Program-made: the position numbers and the translations under genes
Notes under the pieces: generated by a model
Database searches by the model: none
What the model was told of the DNA's origin: nothing
Seen by the model: only the letters and a program-made list of their open reading frames with translations
In this document: positions 20,732-20,779 of the stretch, one piece after another
Numbering within the stretch: position 1 is the first letter of the stretch
Layout: each line of letters starts with the position of its first letter
Origin: Isosphaeraceae bacterium
Lineage (GTDB): Bacteria > Planctomycetota > Planctomycetia > Isosphaerales > Isosphaeraceae
Assembly: GCA_035551935.1 (NCBI GenBank)
Contig: DASZMJ010000454.1
Span: 1 to 20,779 of the forward strand
Length of the DNA stretch: 20,779 nucleotides
Direction of reading: 5' to 3'

Positions 20732-20779
20732 GGCTGGGGCCGAAGGCCCGTTCGGATCCCGGGGCCTTCGGCCCCAGCC
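20732..20779. repeat. Perfect 17-bp inverted repeat GGCTGGGGCCGAAGGCC ... GGCCTTCGGCCCCAGCC with a 14-nt loop. It is cut by the window end.
   Basis: Arms at 20732-20748 and 20763-20779. The element may extend beyond the window. Confidence 0.5.

Overview
This 20.8 kb window is about 70% GC and looks like a bacterial chromosome. The gene content suggests Planctomycetota: an N-anchored HEAT-repeat protein, a STN-domain protein, a DUF4953-type Zn-metalloprotease, and GGAGG ribosome-binding sites. There are no rRNA genes, CRISPR arrays or transposase genes.

Genes, left to right:
- A 5'-truncated giant ORF that fuses two UvrA modules in one frame with no stop.
- An MFS transporter.
- Malate dehydrogenase (mdh).
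- A PBP4/DacB-like D-Ala-D-Ala carboxypeptidase (minus strand).
- An N-anchored HEAT-repeat protein.
- A MotA/TolQ/ExbB-family channel protein with a roughly 210-aa C-terminal coiled-coil tail.
- A small STN-domain protein.
- A second MFS transporter and a YaiI/DUF188 gene, probably one operon.
- Two tRNA-like genes, both structurally aberrant: a Trp-like (CCA) and a Met-like (CAT).
- An SPFH/band-7 protein.
- A roughly 985-aa Zn-metalloprotease (minus strand).

Non-genic structure:
- A roughly 345-bp MITE-like element occurs twice at about 99% identity, in inverted orientation (7045-7390 and 17148-17490). The two copies bracket a 10.4 kb segment.
- Several mutually unrelated long palindromes with 25-39 bp perfect arms lie exactly at gene boundaries.
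- An AT-rich island downstream of uvrA carries mirror-symmetric CACAAAG heptad arrays.

The long antisense ORFs in the six-frame track are GC-driven artefacts.

Coordinates of small features may be off by 1-2 nt.
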